A program made the translations under genes and the position numbers. Positions 1 through 11,109 of a stretch of DNA of 64,000 nt are shown one piece after another (position 1 is the stretch's first letter; the number at the start of each line of letters is the position of its first letter). This DNA comes from an uncultured Chloroflexia bacterium (lineage in GTDB: Bacteria; Chloroflexota; Limnocylindria; Limnocylindrales; CSP1-4). Location: assembly GCA_963768655.1 (NCBI GenBank), contig CAVYIM010000005.1, positions 32,001 through 96,000 on the forward strand. Reading direction: 5' to 3'. The notes below the pieces were generated by a model. It did not search any database, was not told the origin of the DNA, and saw only the letters and a program-made list of their open reading frames with translations.

Positions 1-1
1 C

Positions 2-166
2 TGGCTCGTGCAGGTGCCTGCCGGCGAGCGCCACAACTTCATCAACACCGGGCCCCAGGACCTTCGCCTCTACACGGTCTACTCGCCGCCCGAGCACGCG
101 CCCGGTACCGTCCACCGCACGAAAGCCGACGCCGACGCCGCGGAGGCCGCCGAGCACGCCCACTGA
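2..166 (+). CDS. Cupin-domain protein, 3' part (runs in from window edge)
   Basis: Manual translation WLVQVPAGERHNFINTGPQDLRLYTVYSPPEH...* matches cupin motif 2 (PAGxxHxxxN); TGA at 164-166. Confidence 0.75.
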   Translation, partial: WLVQVPAGERHNFINTGPQDLRLYTVYSPPEHAPGTVHRTKADADAAEAAEHAH

Positions 167-299
167 CGGAGGCGCGAGGTCGCCAGACCTTCAGCGGCCG
201 GGAGCAGAGCAAGAGACGCAGGTCACCTATCGAGATTCCTGGCTGCTAGCTCTGATCCAGGGCGGGCACCCACCGAAGGGTTCAAAGGGAGGCGGGACC

Positions 300-764
300 A
301 TGGGCTGGATACGAGAGCGCCCGTGGTTGGCTGTCGCTCTGTTTGCGGGGATGATGACGGGCTGCACGGGAGCTGGTGGTTCGGGTCCATCGAGCCCTCT
401 GCCATCAGCGAGCAGCACTCCGATGACCCTGAGCATCGAGAACGACACGACGATCGCTGTCACGCTGGCCGTGAATGGCAAGGTCGTCGAGACCGTCCCG
501 CCGGGCGGCTACCAGGACCCGATCAAGGCCGAGTCGCCAGCTCCTCCGTGGAACGTCGAGACTCGTTCACCCAGCGGTCGAGTGCTGTCCTCGATGACCG
601 TCGGCGCAGGCGATGCCTGGCAGACAACCTACCCGAACGGCGCCGGAGGGGCCCACGGAGATGCCGTTCGGGTGGATCTCTCATGCGGCCGCCTGGATGT
701 GTGGTCGGGGGCGCCGCTGCTCGGTCCGCCACCTGGTCCGGGCCAGTCGGGAGACTGCGCCTGA
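300..764 (+). CDS. Hypothetical lipoprotein
   Basis: RBS GGAGG upstream; hydrophobic signal with MTGC lipobox-like motif, S/P-rich linker. Confidence 0.65.
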   Translation: MGWIRERPWLAVALFAGMMTGCTGAGGSGPSSPLPSASSTPMTLSIENDTTIAVTLAVNGKVVETVPPGGYQDPIKAESPAPPWNVETRSPSGRVLSSMTVGAGDAWQTTYPNGAGGAHGDAVRVDLSCGRLDVWSGAPLLGPPPGPGQSGDCA

Positions 765-824
765 CCATGGGCGAGCGTCCCGTCATCAGAGCCGCCCCAC
801 GATCGGGACCGCGCCCGCCCTCAT

Positions 825-2129
<1,305 letters not shown>

Positions 2130-2159
2130 GCGCCTGGACCTGTCCTTTGCGACGGGGCT

Positions 2160-2840
2160 CTATCCCCGGTCGAGTTCGGCCTCGGGAGGCTTCTGGTCTC
2201 CCTCGGCCTTGTCGACTCCGTCGGCGTCGCTCGCCAATGGGGTCAATGCAGTCAGCGGCGATCCTGTCGCGGAGTAGACAGCGTCGATGATGCCATACTC
2301 CTTCGCCTCCGTTGGGGACATGAAGTAGTCCCTTGAGGTATCGGCAACGATCTTCTCGATCGGTTGTCCACAATGGCGGCTGAGAATCTGGTGATTCGTG
2401 TTGACCAGAGTCTCCATCTCCTTGACCTGGATCATCACGTCCGGGGTGTTACCCCGGAATCCCCCCGACCCCTGGTGGATCATGATCCGGCTGTGGGGCA
2501 GCGCGAAGCGCTTGCCGGACGCGCCCGAGGCCAGGAGCACGGCCGCCATGCTGGCCGCCATGCCGATGCAGATCGTGCTCACCGGGGCCCGGACGTACTG
2601 CATCGTGTCGTAGATGGCCAGGCCGCTGGTGATCACCCCGCCTGGGGAGTTGATGTAGAGGCTGATGTCCCGCTCCGGATCCTCGGCGTCGAGGAAGAGC
2701 AGCTGGGCGATGACCAGATTCGCGACGTTGTCCTCGATGGCGTCGCCCAGGAAGATGATCCGCTCGCGCAGGAGCCGCGAGTAGATGTCGTAGGCACGCT
2801 CGCCACGGCTCGAGGACTCGATCACCATCGGCACGAGCAT
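2160..2840 (-). CDS. clpP: ATP-dependent Clp protease proteolytic subunit ClpP
   Basis: [30 protein letters not shown] catalytic Ser, IMIHQ; adjacent to clpX. Confidence 0.98.
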   Translation of the reverse strand: MLVPMVIESSSRGERAYDIYSRLLRERIIFLGDAIEDNVANLVIAQLLFLDAEDPERDISLYINSPGGVITSGLAIYDTMQYVRAPVSTICIGMAASMAAVLLASGASGKRFALPHSRIMIHQGSGGFRGNTPDVMIQVKEMETLVNTNHQILSRHCGQPIEKIVADTSRDYFMSPTEAKEYGIIDAVYSATGSPLTALTPLASDADGVDKAEGDQKPPEAELDRG

Positions 2841-2868
2841 CGGATCGTCTCCTCTTCGCTAGGTCGAG

Positions 2869-4299
2869 CTAGGCGCCGGGGGCACCCGCGGCCGGCGGGG
2901 TAACACTGACAGGTTCAGTCATTCCGGCCGACGCGGCAGCCTCGGCTGGCGGAGTCCCGACAGTTGAGCCTGGCCCGGCATCTTCGATGTGCTTCAGGCG
3001 CGGCGCTTCGGGGTGGGCCGCGAGCCACTCGTCCACCAGCTGTTCGACGGTCCGCGTCTGCCGGATGGTGCTTCTGATGGAATTCCGGCCGCGCTCGCTT
3101 TCGAAGTACTGGACCAGGCTGCGATTGCTCGCGTAGCGGGACCTCGCCTGGTCGACCTCGGCCTCGACCTCGGCCTCCGAGACCTCAATGCCCTTGACCT
3201 TCGAGATCTCCGCGAGAACGAGCAGGCTCCGTGCGCGCTGGTGGGCCTGCGGGCGGAACTGCTCGCGCATCTCAGTCTCGGACTTGCCGGTTGCCTTGAG
3301 ATACGCCTCTTCGCTGATCCCCTGGCGGGCCATGGCGGAGAGCACTTCGTCGCGCATGACCTCGACCTCCTGGTCCACCAGGACGTCCGGCAGGTCGATG
3401 GTGGCGTTGAGGGCGGCGTACTCGACGATCCGGTCGGCGAACTGATGACGAGCTCGGTCGAGGGCATTCTCCTCGAGGCGCTTGCGCAGCTCGAGCTTGA
3501 GGTGGGCCAGGTCCTCGAACCGGCCGATGGATCGGGCGAACTCGTCGTTGGCCTCGGGCAGGACCTTGCCGCGCAGTTCCTTCAGCGTCAGGTTGAAGTG
3601 CATGTGCGCGCCGCGCATCGACTCGACCTGGAAGTCCTCGGGAATGTCGATGTCGAATTCGCGGTCCTCGCCCTTCGCCATTCCGACGATGTGGTCCTCG
3701 AAGCCCGGGTACAGCCGGTGCTCGCCCAGGACGAGCGGCATGTTCTGTGAGGATCCACCAATGAACTTGGCGCCGTCGCGCGTGCCGTCGAACGCGACGA
3801 TCACGTAGTCGCCGATCCGGGCGGCGCGGTCCTCCACGGGTTCGAGGTGGCCCTCGCTGTCGCGCAGCTCGTCGACGACCTTCTCGACCATCGTCTCGTC
3901 GACGGGCTCGACCTCGGGCTTGAACGGGAAATGCTCGAAGTCGCCGAGAATGACCTCCGGCCGGACCTGCATCGTCGCCTTGAAGATTACCGGCTTGCCC
4001 TCCTCGGCCTGGGTGACTTCGACCTCGGGAGAACTCAGCGGCAAGAGCTTCTGGTCGCGCACTACCTCGCGCACCGAACCCTCGACCAGGAGATCGACGG
4101 CTTCCTCCATGACCGTGGAGGCGCCGACGACTCGCTCGACGACGGCTCGGGGAGCCTTGCCCGGCCGGAATCCGGAGATACGGTGCTGCTGCGAAAGGCG
4201 ACGAGCGGCGTCGTCCAGCGAGCGGGTCAGGCGCTCGGCCGGAAGCTCGAACTCGATCTGGAGGCGGGACCTGGGAAGGGGCGTGGTGGTCGTTTGCAT
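2869..4299 (-). CDS. tig: Trigger factor
   Basis: GFRPGKAP ribosome-binding motif, FKBP-like central domain; canonical tig-clpP-clpX order. Confidence 0.96.
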   Translation of the reverse strand: MQTTTTPLPRSRLQIEFELPAERLTRSLDDAARRLSQQHRISGFRPGKAPRAVVERVVGASTVMEEAVDLLVEGSVREVVRDQKLLPLSSPEVEVTQAEEGKPVIFKATMQVRPEVILGDFEHFPFKPEVEPVDETMVEKVVDELRDSEGHLEPVEDRAARIGDYVIVAFDGTRDGAKFIGGSSQNMPLVLGEHRLYPGFEDHIVGMAKGEDREFDIDIPEDFQVESMRGAHMHFNLTLKELRGKVLPEANDEFARSIGRFEDLAHLKLELRKRLEENALDRARHQFADRIVEYAALNATIDLPDVLVDQEVEVMRDEVLSAMARQGISEEAYLKATGKSETEMREQFRPQAHQRARSLLVLAEISKVKGIEVSEAEVEAEVDQARSRYASNRSLVQYFESERGRNSIRSTIRQTRTVEQLVDEWLAAHPEAPRLKHIEDAGPGSTVGTPPAEAAASAGMTEPVSVTPPAAGAPGA

Positions 4300-4397
4300 C
4301 GCGGGCGATTATAGGGGCCGCGGCCGGGCGCGGCCGGGAGCGGAGGTCGAGTCCGAGGCGGCGGCAGAGATAGCGCTATGGTGCGACGCCCGCCGGG

Positions 4398-4760
4398 TCA
4401 GCGGTCCTTCTCTTTGATCCAGCCGACGTGCTTGCGGAAATGCCCGACCATGCCCAGCTCGAACTGGCGCTCGTCGGTGTGCTCCGGCAGAGCGCCAAGC
4501 TCGCCGGCGCTGAGTGACACGTCGACGTGGGTAGCCGTCAGCGCGACGATGTCATCGGCCGCCACGAAGACGCGCCGCCCCTTCCGCTCGAGCTGGACGA
4601 CGATGCCGTGGAAGATGTCTTCTTCGTGGGAGCCCAGGAGGTCGTAGACCGTGCCGACCTGCTGGCCGTCCGACCGGACAGGGGTGTTTTCCGGCACCGC
4701 ACGCCAGGCGATCGGCTCGTCCGGGTCGCCGCCGGTTGCGGGGTTCGGGATCGGGTCCAT
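4398..4760 (-). CDS. Hypothetical protein, PRC-barrel/DUF2171-like
   Basis: RBS GGAG; V.SDGQQVGTV.D PRC-barrel-like pattern. Confidence 0.6.
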   Translation of the reverse strand: MDPIPNPATGGDPDEPIAWRAVPENTPVRSDGQQVGTVYDLLGSHEEDIFHGIVVQLERKGRRVFVAADDIVALTATHVDVSLSAGELGALPEHTDERQFELGMVGHFRKHVGWIKEKDR

Positions 4761-4790
4761 CGTTGCTACTCCTGACTCAGTTACTCGCCT

Positions 4791-6020
4791 TCACGTGGAG
4801 GGCGAGCTGGCGGGCAAGCTCGGCGACGGGCTCGGAGATGAGCCCGGAGATGAGCCCGCCGCCGGCCCGACCATGCGAGCGCCGATGATCCCGCAGATGT
4901 GCCGGACGATCTTGAAGCCCTCTCCGAACGACCTGTCGTCCATGGTGTACGCAGCGACGATGTACGTCTCGGGGCCGAGAGTGACGATCCCCGACGAGTT
5001 CATCACGTACAGGCCATCAGGCCCCTGGACCCAGCCGTCCTTCAGCGCGATCGTCGCGCCAGCCGGACTGCTGTCGCCCACCCCGACCCGCTGGTCGGCC
5101 TGGATGTGCTCCATCAGCTTGAACGCCAGGGCGCGGTCTGTCGCGTTCAGGACCTTACCCTCGTGCAGCAGGTCCAACAGCGAGACCATCGCCGCCGGCG
5201 TGATCGTGCTCCAGCCCCAAAAGCCCACGGGATTGACATGCGGTGTCAGACCGGAGATGCCGACCTTCTTCATGAAGGCGTTGAGCCCGGTCCGGTAGCC
5301 GATCTCCGCGTAGAGCGCCGTGGCCGATGCGTTTCTCGAGTTCTCGATCATCGTGGTCAGCAGCGACAGCTCGGTGGCGTTCGGCCCCCTGCCCTTCGCC
5401 TCGAGCTGCGTCAGCAGAGTCAGCATGATCGGCACCTTGATCGAACTCGCGACGACATACGGGCGGTCGGCGTTGTACGTATACGTCACGCCGCGAGTGA
5501 CGTCGAAGAGCTCGACGCCCACCCGAGTGCCGTAGTCGCTGAGGTATTCGGCCAGGGCCGTGTCGAGCGCGTCGAAGCTCGCCATGGCGCCGCCGGAGGG
5601 CTGGGTCATCGTCACCGCCGACGCCGGCAGCCAGCCCGTCCCCTGCCGGCCCGGCGTCTGCCAGGTGACCTGGTCCCAGACGCTGCCATCGACCGTGGCG
5701 GACTTCAGGGTCAGCGTGAGCGGGAAGCTCGCCCCGAGATGGACCTGCACGGCGCCGTCGTCGCTCGCCGTCGCGTACAGAGCCACTGCCCCGCTCGTCC
5801 AGGCCTGCGTCGGGACGGGTGTGGGGCTCGGTGTGGGCGAGGGCGTGGGGGAAGCGGTGGGCGACGAAGCGGGCGACGGGCCCGCCGAGCCCGCGGCGTC
5901 GTCTGTGGGGCTCGACGGGCCGGCCGAACCCGAGGCGGACGATCGCGGCGCAGTCGATCCGCCCCCGCAACCGAGCACGGCGCAGGCCACGAGACACACG
6001 AGCAGGCGACGAATTGCCAC
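4791..6020 (-). CDS. Serine hydrolase, class A beta-lactamase/PBP-like lipoprotein
   Basis: Lipobox VLGC, P/S/T linker, SSIK (SxxK), SRN (SxN), KDG in KTG position. Confidence 0.85.
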   Translation of the reverse strand: MAIRRLLVCLVACAVLGCGGGSTAPRSSASGSAGPSSPTDDAAGSAGPSPASSPTASPTPSPTPSPTPVPTQAWTSGAVALYATASDDGAVQVHLGASFPLTLTLKSATVDGSVWDQVTWQTPGRQGTGWLPASAVTMTQPSGGAMASFDALDTALAEYLSDYGTRVGVELFDVTRGVTYTYNADRPYVVASSIKVPIMLTLLTQLEAKGRGPNATELSLLTTMIENSRNASATALYAEIGYRTGLNAFMKKVGISGLTPHVNPVGFWGWSTITPAAMVSLLDLLHEGKVLNATDRALAFKLMEHIQADQRVGVGDSSPAGATIALKDGWVQGPDGLYVMNSSGIVTLGPETYIVAAYTMDDRSFGEGFKIVRHICGIIGARMVGPAAGSSPGSSPSPSPSLPASSPST

Positions 6021-6136
6021 AGTTTCGACACCTCTGGACGAGCCAGACCCCGACTCGACTGACTGCCGCCGACCGGTACGCGCCCCAGATCATAGTCGAC
6101 ACCAACGTTCAGGACCGTTCCTGCGAGAATTGACGA

Positions 6137-7726
6137 ATGACACACCTGCGTCGATCCCCGCTTGCATTGCTCGCCATCGTCGCGATCGTTTCGGCCTGCG
6201 GCTCCAATCCGCCGAGCCCGACGCCGAGCCAGGCCCCCAGCCCGACGGCGTTCGCATCGCCCTCGAGCGCGCCGACCGCCTCGGCGACGCCGCAGCCTAC
6301 GCCGCAACCCACGGTTGCCCAGGAAGTCCCGATCGTTCCGGTCGCGGATTTCAGAACGATCGCGACCTCGATCGATCAGGCCGGCGTGGCGGCCATCCTG
6401 GCCGGCACGAACAAGCAGTTCACGACGCTCGAGCTGGTGAGCGCCGACGCGGACGGCATCCTCGCGGCGCTCGGTCTGACCCAGCCGTCGGTCGCCAGCC
6501 GCCTCGTGCTCGCTCCAACGGCAGCCGCCCTCGAGACCGACCTCGACACCCAGGCAGCGCGGCTGGGCATCGTTCGCGCCACCGACGTCGGGCCGAGCGT
6601 GCGAGCGCTGGGCTGGGGAAACGTGTCGCTCTTCGGTGTCGCCAGGGTCAAGAGCCTGGCCGACTGGCCGTTGCAGGCCAGCCTGCCGGAGACGGCTTCG
6701 GCGACGGCATTCGACCCGTCTTCGATCTGGACGATCGTCGCGGGCGGCGACATGATGTTCGACCGCGGCGTGTACAAGGTGGTCAAGCTGGAGGGCAAAG
6801 GCGTCGATTTCCCGTTCTCCGGCGGGACCGCGACGATCACCAGCCGCTACTGCTGCTCATCGTGGGACTGGGTGATGCCGCGCACCAAGACTGACGACAC
6901 GACCCAGGACGTCCGCGCCCTGACGTCCGGAGCCGACCTGGCGCTGGCGAATATGGAGGGTCCGGCCCCGAACAACGCCTCGTACCACGCCACGGGGATG
7001 AGCTTCACCTTCAATCAGGCGCTTCTGGCCGGGCTTACATACGCCGGCATCGATTGGGTCGCCTTGGGGAACAACCACATCCTCAACGCCGGCAGGCAGG
7101 GCGTCGTCCAGACGGTCCAGGCACTGGATAAGCTCGGGATCGCCCACAGCGGTGCCGGCGCGAACATCGCTGCGGCGCGGGCTCCGGCGATGTTCACGAT
7201 CGACGGCGTGAAGGTCGCGGTCCTTTCCTACGATGCGATCTCACCCGGCGAGGCCGCCGGTCCGAATCTGCCGGGAACCGCCGAGCTTTCGGCGGGCACC
7301 GCGCCTGCCGACATCCGCGCGGCCAAGGCGGCCGGCGCGCAGGTCGTCGTCGTCTACCCCCACTGGGGCATCGAATACACCACCGGACCGACCGCGGCCC
7401 AGACGAAGTGGGCGCACGCGATGATCGACGCCGGCGCGGACATCATCATCGGCAACCACCCCCACTGGGCCGGGGCGATGGAGGTCTACAAGGGCAAGCC
7501 GATCTGGTACGCGCTCGGGAACTTCGTGTTCGACCAGACATGGTCGGAGCAGACCGAGGAGGGCCTGGTGCTCGAGCTCACGTTCAGCGGCTCGACCCTC
7601 GTTCAGGCGTGGACGCACCCGACGGTGATCCTCGACGGCGCCCAGCCCAACCTGCTAGATCCCGTGAGCGGCGAGGCCGTCATGGACCGCGTCTACGCCG
7701 CCTCCACGAAGACGCTGCCCTGGTAG
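6137..7726 (+). CDS. CapA/PgsA-family metallophosphoesterase lipoprotein
   Basis: Lipobox VSAC; GDMMF, NMEG, GNNH, HWGIEY, GNHPH, YALGNFVFDQ motifs. Confidence 0.9.
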   Translation: MTHLRRSPLALLAIVAIVSACGSNPPSPTPSQAPSPTAFASPSSAPTASATPQPTPQPTVAQEVPIVPVADFRTIATSIDQAGVAAILAGTNKQFTTLELVSADADGILAALGLTQPSVASRLVLAPTAAALETDLDTQAARLGIVRATDVGPSVRALGWGNVSLFGVARVKSLADWPLQASLPETASATAFDPSSIWTIVAGGDMMFDRGVYKVVKLEGKGVDFPFSGGTATITSRYCCSSWDWVMPRTKTDDTTQDVRALTSGADLALANMEGPAPNNASYHATGMSFTFNQALLAGLTYAGIDWVALGNNHILNAGRQGVVQTVQALDKLGIAHSGAGANIAAARAPAMFTIDGVKVAVLSYDAISPGEAAGPNLPGTAELSAGTAPADIRAAKAAGAQVVVVYPHWGIEYTTGPTAAQTKWAHAMIDAGADIIIGNHPHWAGAMEVYKGKPIWYALGNFVFDQTWSEQTEEGLVLELTFSGSTLVQAWTHPTVILDGAQPNLLDPVSGEAVMDRVYAASTKTLPW

Positions 7727-7792
7727 CCGAGCTCGGCGCCTTGGCACGTGCACGTGTCGCAGACGGATGGCCGTGGGCGGCTATGGACAGTG

Positions 7793-7823
7793 TGGTGGAA
7801 GGAGACTGGTCAGTATGCGAACC
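7793..7823 (-). repeat. Site B, array-distal copy: tRNA-3'-end-like motif
   Basis: Minus strand GGTTCGCATACTGACCAGTCTCCTTCCACCA; recurs at 9284, 16054, 17444, 20792. Confidence 0.85.
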
Positions 7824-7914
7824 AGCCTGGGGGCTCAATCCGGCGAACGCTGACCGTTATGAGAGTCACTCCGGCGCCAGCTGTCGCCCGCTCGCCTGAG
7901 GTCAGAACTGGGAG

Positions 7915-9186
7915 CTAGGGCCAGTACAGCTCGGCAGATGTCAGCCCGTCACCGACAATCATGACGCGCCCATCCTCCAGTTCGGCCGCATACGTGTAGC
8001 CCGGATACTCTTCGAGCATTGGTGCGGTCTTCTTGAACGTGCCAGTCACTGGGTCGTAGAGCTCGGCGGAATTGAGCGGCGTCGGTGGATTGTCGTCACT
8101 AAAGCCCGCCGCGACCAGGACCGAGCCGTTCTTCAGCAGGCAGGCGACCTGATCGCTTCGGCCGGTAACCATCGATCCGGTCGGGCTGAACTTGCCGCTC
8201 GCCGGGTCGTAGATCTCGGCGCTGGCCAACCCTACGCTATCGGCGTTCTCGCCTCCCGCGATCAGGACCCGACCATCGGGTAGCAGGGTGGCCGTGTGAT
8301 AGGCCCGTGCGGTGGTCATCGATCCTGTCGCGCTGAATTTGCCGCTCGTCGGGTCGTAGATCTCGGCGCTGGCCAGGTACTTGAGGTTGCCGTTGTCCTC
8401 GTCTCCGCCGACGATCAGGACCCGTCCGTCGGGCAGCAGGGTCGCGCTCTGGTTCTCTCGGCCAGTGATGAGCGAGCCGGTCGAGCTGAACTTGCCGGTT
8501 GACGGGTCATACAGCTCCGCCGAGCGCAGGAACACCTCGTCATCCTCGTTGTTCGCTCCGTGCACGCCCCCAACGACTAGGACCCTGCCGTCTTTGAGGG
8601 TCGTGGCCGTGTAGGGCGCCAAGAACCACTGGCCCTCCTCGGCCGCCCTATCCCCGTCGACCATCCGCCCGGCCAGGCTGAACTTGCCGCTCGTTGGGTC
8701 GTAGATCTCGGGGGCCGAGTCGGGAGATGCCCCGGTCACGAGCACTCGGCCATCGTTGAGCGGAGTCAGGACCTCGCCGACTCCTCCGGGTAAAAGCGAT
8801 CCGGTCAGGCTGAACGTGTTGCTCTTGGGATCGTACAGCTCGACGGCGTTCGATACGGGCCCATACTGAGGATCGGTTGGCCCATCGAGGACGAGGACTC
8901 GACCATCGGGCAGCAGGGCCGCCCTGAGGCTCTGATGGGTCGCCAGAAAGGGAGCCGCGAGCGTGAACACGCCGCTCGGGGTCGTGGGCGACGGTGTGGG
9001 AGTTGGCGCCAACGTCGGGCGTAGGCTGGCCGTCGGGCTCACGGCGGGGCTGGTCCTCAAGCTCGGGCCCGGAGATGGTGTTGCTGGGCTGCCGCCGCAG
9101 CCAGCAACGGCCAGCGCGAGGGTTAGCCCGGCGAATGCCCGCGCTGTGGAGCTGCCACCCAGAACGATCCGCGGACTGGCTCTCAC
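7915..9186 (-). CDS. Kelch-repeat beta-propeller lipoprotein K9
   Basis: GTG start after GAGGGAG RBS; LAVAGC lipobox; P/S/T linker; repeats TGSM..AR..TATLL.DGRVLI.GG..SAE.YDP; ends SAELYWP. Confidence 0.88.
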   Translation of the reverse strand: MRASPRIVLGGSSTARAFAGLTLALAVAGCGGSPATPSPGPSLRTSPAVSPTASLRPTLAPTPTPSPTTPSGVFTLAAPFLATHQSLRAALLPDGRVLVLDGPTDPQYGPVSNAVELYDPKSNTFSLTGSLLPGGVGEVLTPLNDGRVLVTGASPDSAPEIYDPTSGKFSLAGRMVDGDRAAEEGQWFLAPYTATTLKDGRVLVVGGVHGANNEDDEVFLRSAELYDPSTGKFSSTGSLITGRENQSATLLPDGRVLIVGGDEDNGNLKYLASAEIYDPTSGKFSATGSMTTARAYHTATLLPDGRVLIAGGENADSVGLASAEIYDPASGKFSPTGSMVTGRSDQVACLLKNGSVLVAAGFSDDNPPTPLNSAELYDPVTGTFKKTAPMLEEYPGYTYAAELEDGRVMIVGDGLTSAELYWP

Positions 9187-9222
9187 GCTCTGTCTCCCTC
9201 TGCCATCGGTACGAACCAGGAT

Positions 9223-9246
9223 GACGGATCGAGGGAGCGCGCGTGA
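9223..9246 (-). promoter_or_regulatory. Putative ECF-sigma promoter (TCAC-N16-CGTC) of K9; equivalent copies precede all nine Kelch genes
   Basis: Same motif and 16-nt spacer at 10763-10786, 12417-12440, 14154-14177, 15891-15914, 17411-17434 (GCAC variant), 18876-18899, 20733-20756, 22267-22290. Confidence 0.65.
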
Positions 9247-9283
9247 TGTCACGGCGGGCGGCAGCGACCGAACGGGAAGGACG

Positions 9284-9313
9284 TGGTGGAGGAGACCGGG
9301 CAGTATGCGAACC
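9284..9313 (-). repeat. Site B copy between K8 and K9
   Basis: + strand tggtggaggagaccgggcagtatgcgaacc. Confidence 0.85.
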
Positions 9314-9492
9314 GCATCCTCGGGCTGGTCCGACTATCGCTGGACCTCTCGCGGCGCAGCGGCAAGAGTGGGCCTACGTGCTTGGCCGACTGTCGCAAGA
9401 GCGAGGCGGCCGCCATCTGACAACAGGCTGGCGACTATCCGAGTTCCCAGGGCCTCGGAGTCCGCGCCAGCGCAGAGGAAGGTCCGCGCAGT

Positions 9493-10725
9493 CTAGGGCC
9501 TGTAGAGCTCGCAAGAGGTGAAGTCACCGCCACCACCGGTAACAAGTACCTCGCCATCTGCGAGCAGGGTCGCGGTGAAAGCCTGCCGCGGTGAGTGCAT
9601 CGAGCCAGTGGCGCTAAACGTGCCCGTGGCTGGATCGAACAGCTCCGCCGTTGCCAGGCCGTCGACCGGGTTGTCGTCGTTGATGCCGCCCGCCACCAGC
9701 ACTTTCCCGTTTGGAAGCAGGGCGGCCACGTCATCGGCTCGGGCCGTCGCCATCGATCCGGTAGGCGCGAACGAGTTGGTACTGGGGTCGAAGATCTCGG
9801 CGGACAAGGAATACAGACCGGTCAGATAGCTGAAGCCACCGGCGATCAGCACGCGGCCATCCCGAAGCAAGGTTGCGGTGTCCTGCTCGCGCTCGACAGT
9901 CATGTTCCCCGTGGGGCTGAACCTGCCAGTTCGAGGATCGTAGATCTCGCCCGTCGCGACGGTGGTCGCGGTTCCGGACTGAGGATCTCCACACGGTCCC
10001 CCGCCCGTGATTAGGACTCGCCCGTCCTGCAGCACCGTGGCCGTGGCGCCAGCACGCGCGGCCTCCATAGAGCCGGTGAAAGTGAACTTGTTCGACCTAG
10101 GATCGAATAGCTCCGCGGATGCCGTCAGGCAGTGGCCCGGACGCATGTCTCCGCCCCCGGCTATCAGAACGCGCCCGTCCTGAAGCAGGGCCACGGCGGC
10201 CTCGGACCGGTCGATGAGCGGCCTCACCGCAGCGAATTTGCCCGTGGCTGGATCGTAGATCTCGGCGCCCGTGTCCGTGGCCACGTGGGGTTCGTCCGGA
10301 TCCGCGGCACCGATGACAAGGACTCTGCCATCGAGCAGCGTTACCGCTGCCGGTTGCGTCCGGTAGTGCGAAAGTGAGCCGGTCGTGGTGAACGTCCCAG
10401 TCGAGGGGTCGTAGATCTCCGCTACCACACCACTTCCCACGACAAGGACTCGACCGTCACGGAGCATCGCCGCCGCATGCTGGACGCGGGGCTCGTGCAT
10501 TGAGCCGGTGAGCGTGAAGATTCCGTGGGCAGGAGTCGGCGAGAACGTGGGCGTCGAGGGCGAAGTAGGTTCGGCGCTCATCCTAGACGTAGGGCTGGAC
10601 GCAGGGCTCGTCGTCGGGCTCGGGATCGACGAGGGCAAGGCCGGGCTGCCTCCGCAACCGGCGACCGCCAGGACGAGGACTGCGGCGCGAAGGGGCCGCC
10701 CTGGCGAGCCAAGACCCACTCTCAC
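9493..10725 (-). CDS. Kelch-repeat beta-propeller lipoprotein K8
   Basis: GTG start after GGGAG; LAVAGC lipobox; Kelch repeats; N-terminus identical to K1. Confidence 0.88.
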   Translation of the reverse strand: MRVGLGSPGRPLRAAVLVLAVAGCGGSPALPSSIPSPTTSPASSPTSRMSAEPTSPSTPTFSPTPAHGIFTLTGSMHEPRVQHAAAMLRDGRVLVVGSGVVAEIYDPSTGTFTTTGSLSHYRTQPAAVTLLDGRVLVIGAADPDEPHVATDTGAEIYDPATGKFAAVRPLIDRSEAAVALLQDGRVLIAGGGDMRPGHCLTASAELFDPRSNKFTFTGSMEAARAGATATVLQDGRVLITGGGPCGDPQSGTATTVATGEIYDPRTGRFSPTGNMTVEREQDTATLLRDGRVLIAGGFSYLTGLYSLSAEIFDPSTNSFAPTGSMATARADDVAALLPNGKVLVAGGINDDNPVDGLATAELFDPATGTFSATGSMHSPRQAFTATLLADGEVLVTGGGGDFTSCELYRP

Positions 10726-10827
10726 CCTCTGTCTCCCACTGCCTTCGGACTGAATGCAGGATGACGCATCCAGGAAGGGCACGTGACGTCACTGGGTAGT
10801 GTCGACCGACGGGCCGAGGAGACGGTG

Positions 10828-10868
10828 TGGGCGAGGTCGGGGTCGAACCGACACGCCGCTTACGCGGC
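10828..10868 (-). repeat. Site A: exact 41-bp copy of tRNA-Leu 3' half (att-like)
   Basis: Identical to 22332-22372 (variable arm, T-arm, acceptor 3' strand). Confidence 0.92.
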
Positions 10869-10963
10869 CAGCCCGGGGATGCTCTATCCAGTCCCTCGTG
10901 GCGGGCGATGCAAAATCGGCACTGTTAGCGTGTGAGTCGAACCCCGAGGAAGCCCAACGCAGC

Positions 10964-11100
10964 CTAGGCCGGTACAGCTCCGCCGAGGTGAGAACGATGC
11001 CGTCGAGGGCCTCGCGTCCAGGGATGAGAACCCGGCCGTCGGCGATCAGCGTGGCGGTCTGGTAGGCGCGCATGTCCTCATCGAGCCTGTCGGGTTCAAG
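10964..11100 (-). pseudogene. Orphan terminal Kelch blade fragment
   Basis: PTGSM/(shift)/RAYQTATLIADGRVLIPGREALDGIVLTSAELYRP; no signal peptide or promoter motif. Confidence 0.75.
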
Positions 11101-11109
11101 CACCGCCCG

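Noticed and set aside
10783-10792. GTGACGTCAC palindrome as a Crp site
   Set aside because: Crp needs GTGA-N6-TCAC; here the spacing is 2 and the palindrome is not kept in most other copies.
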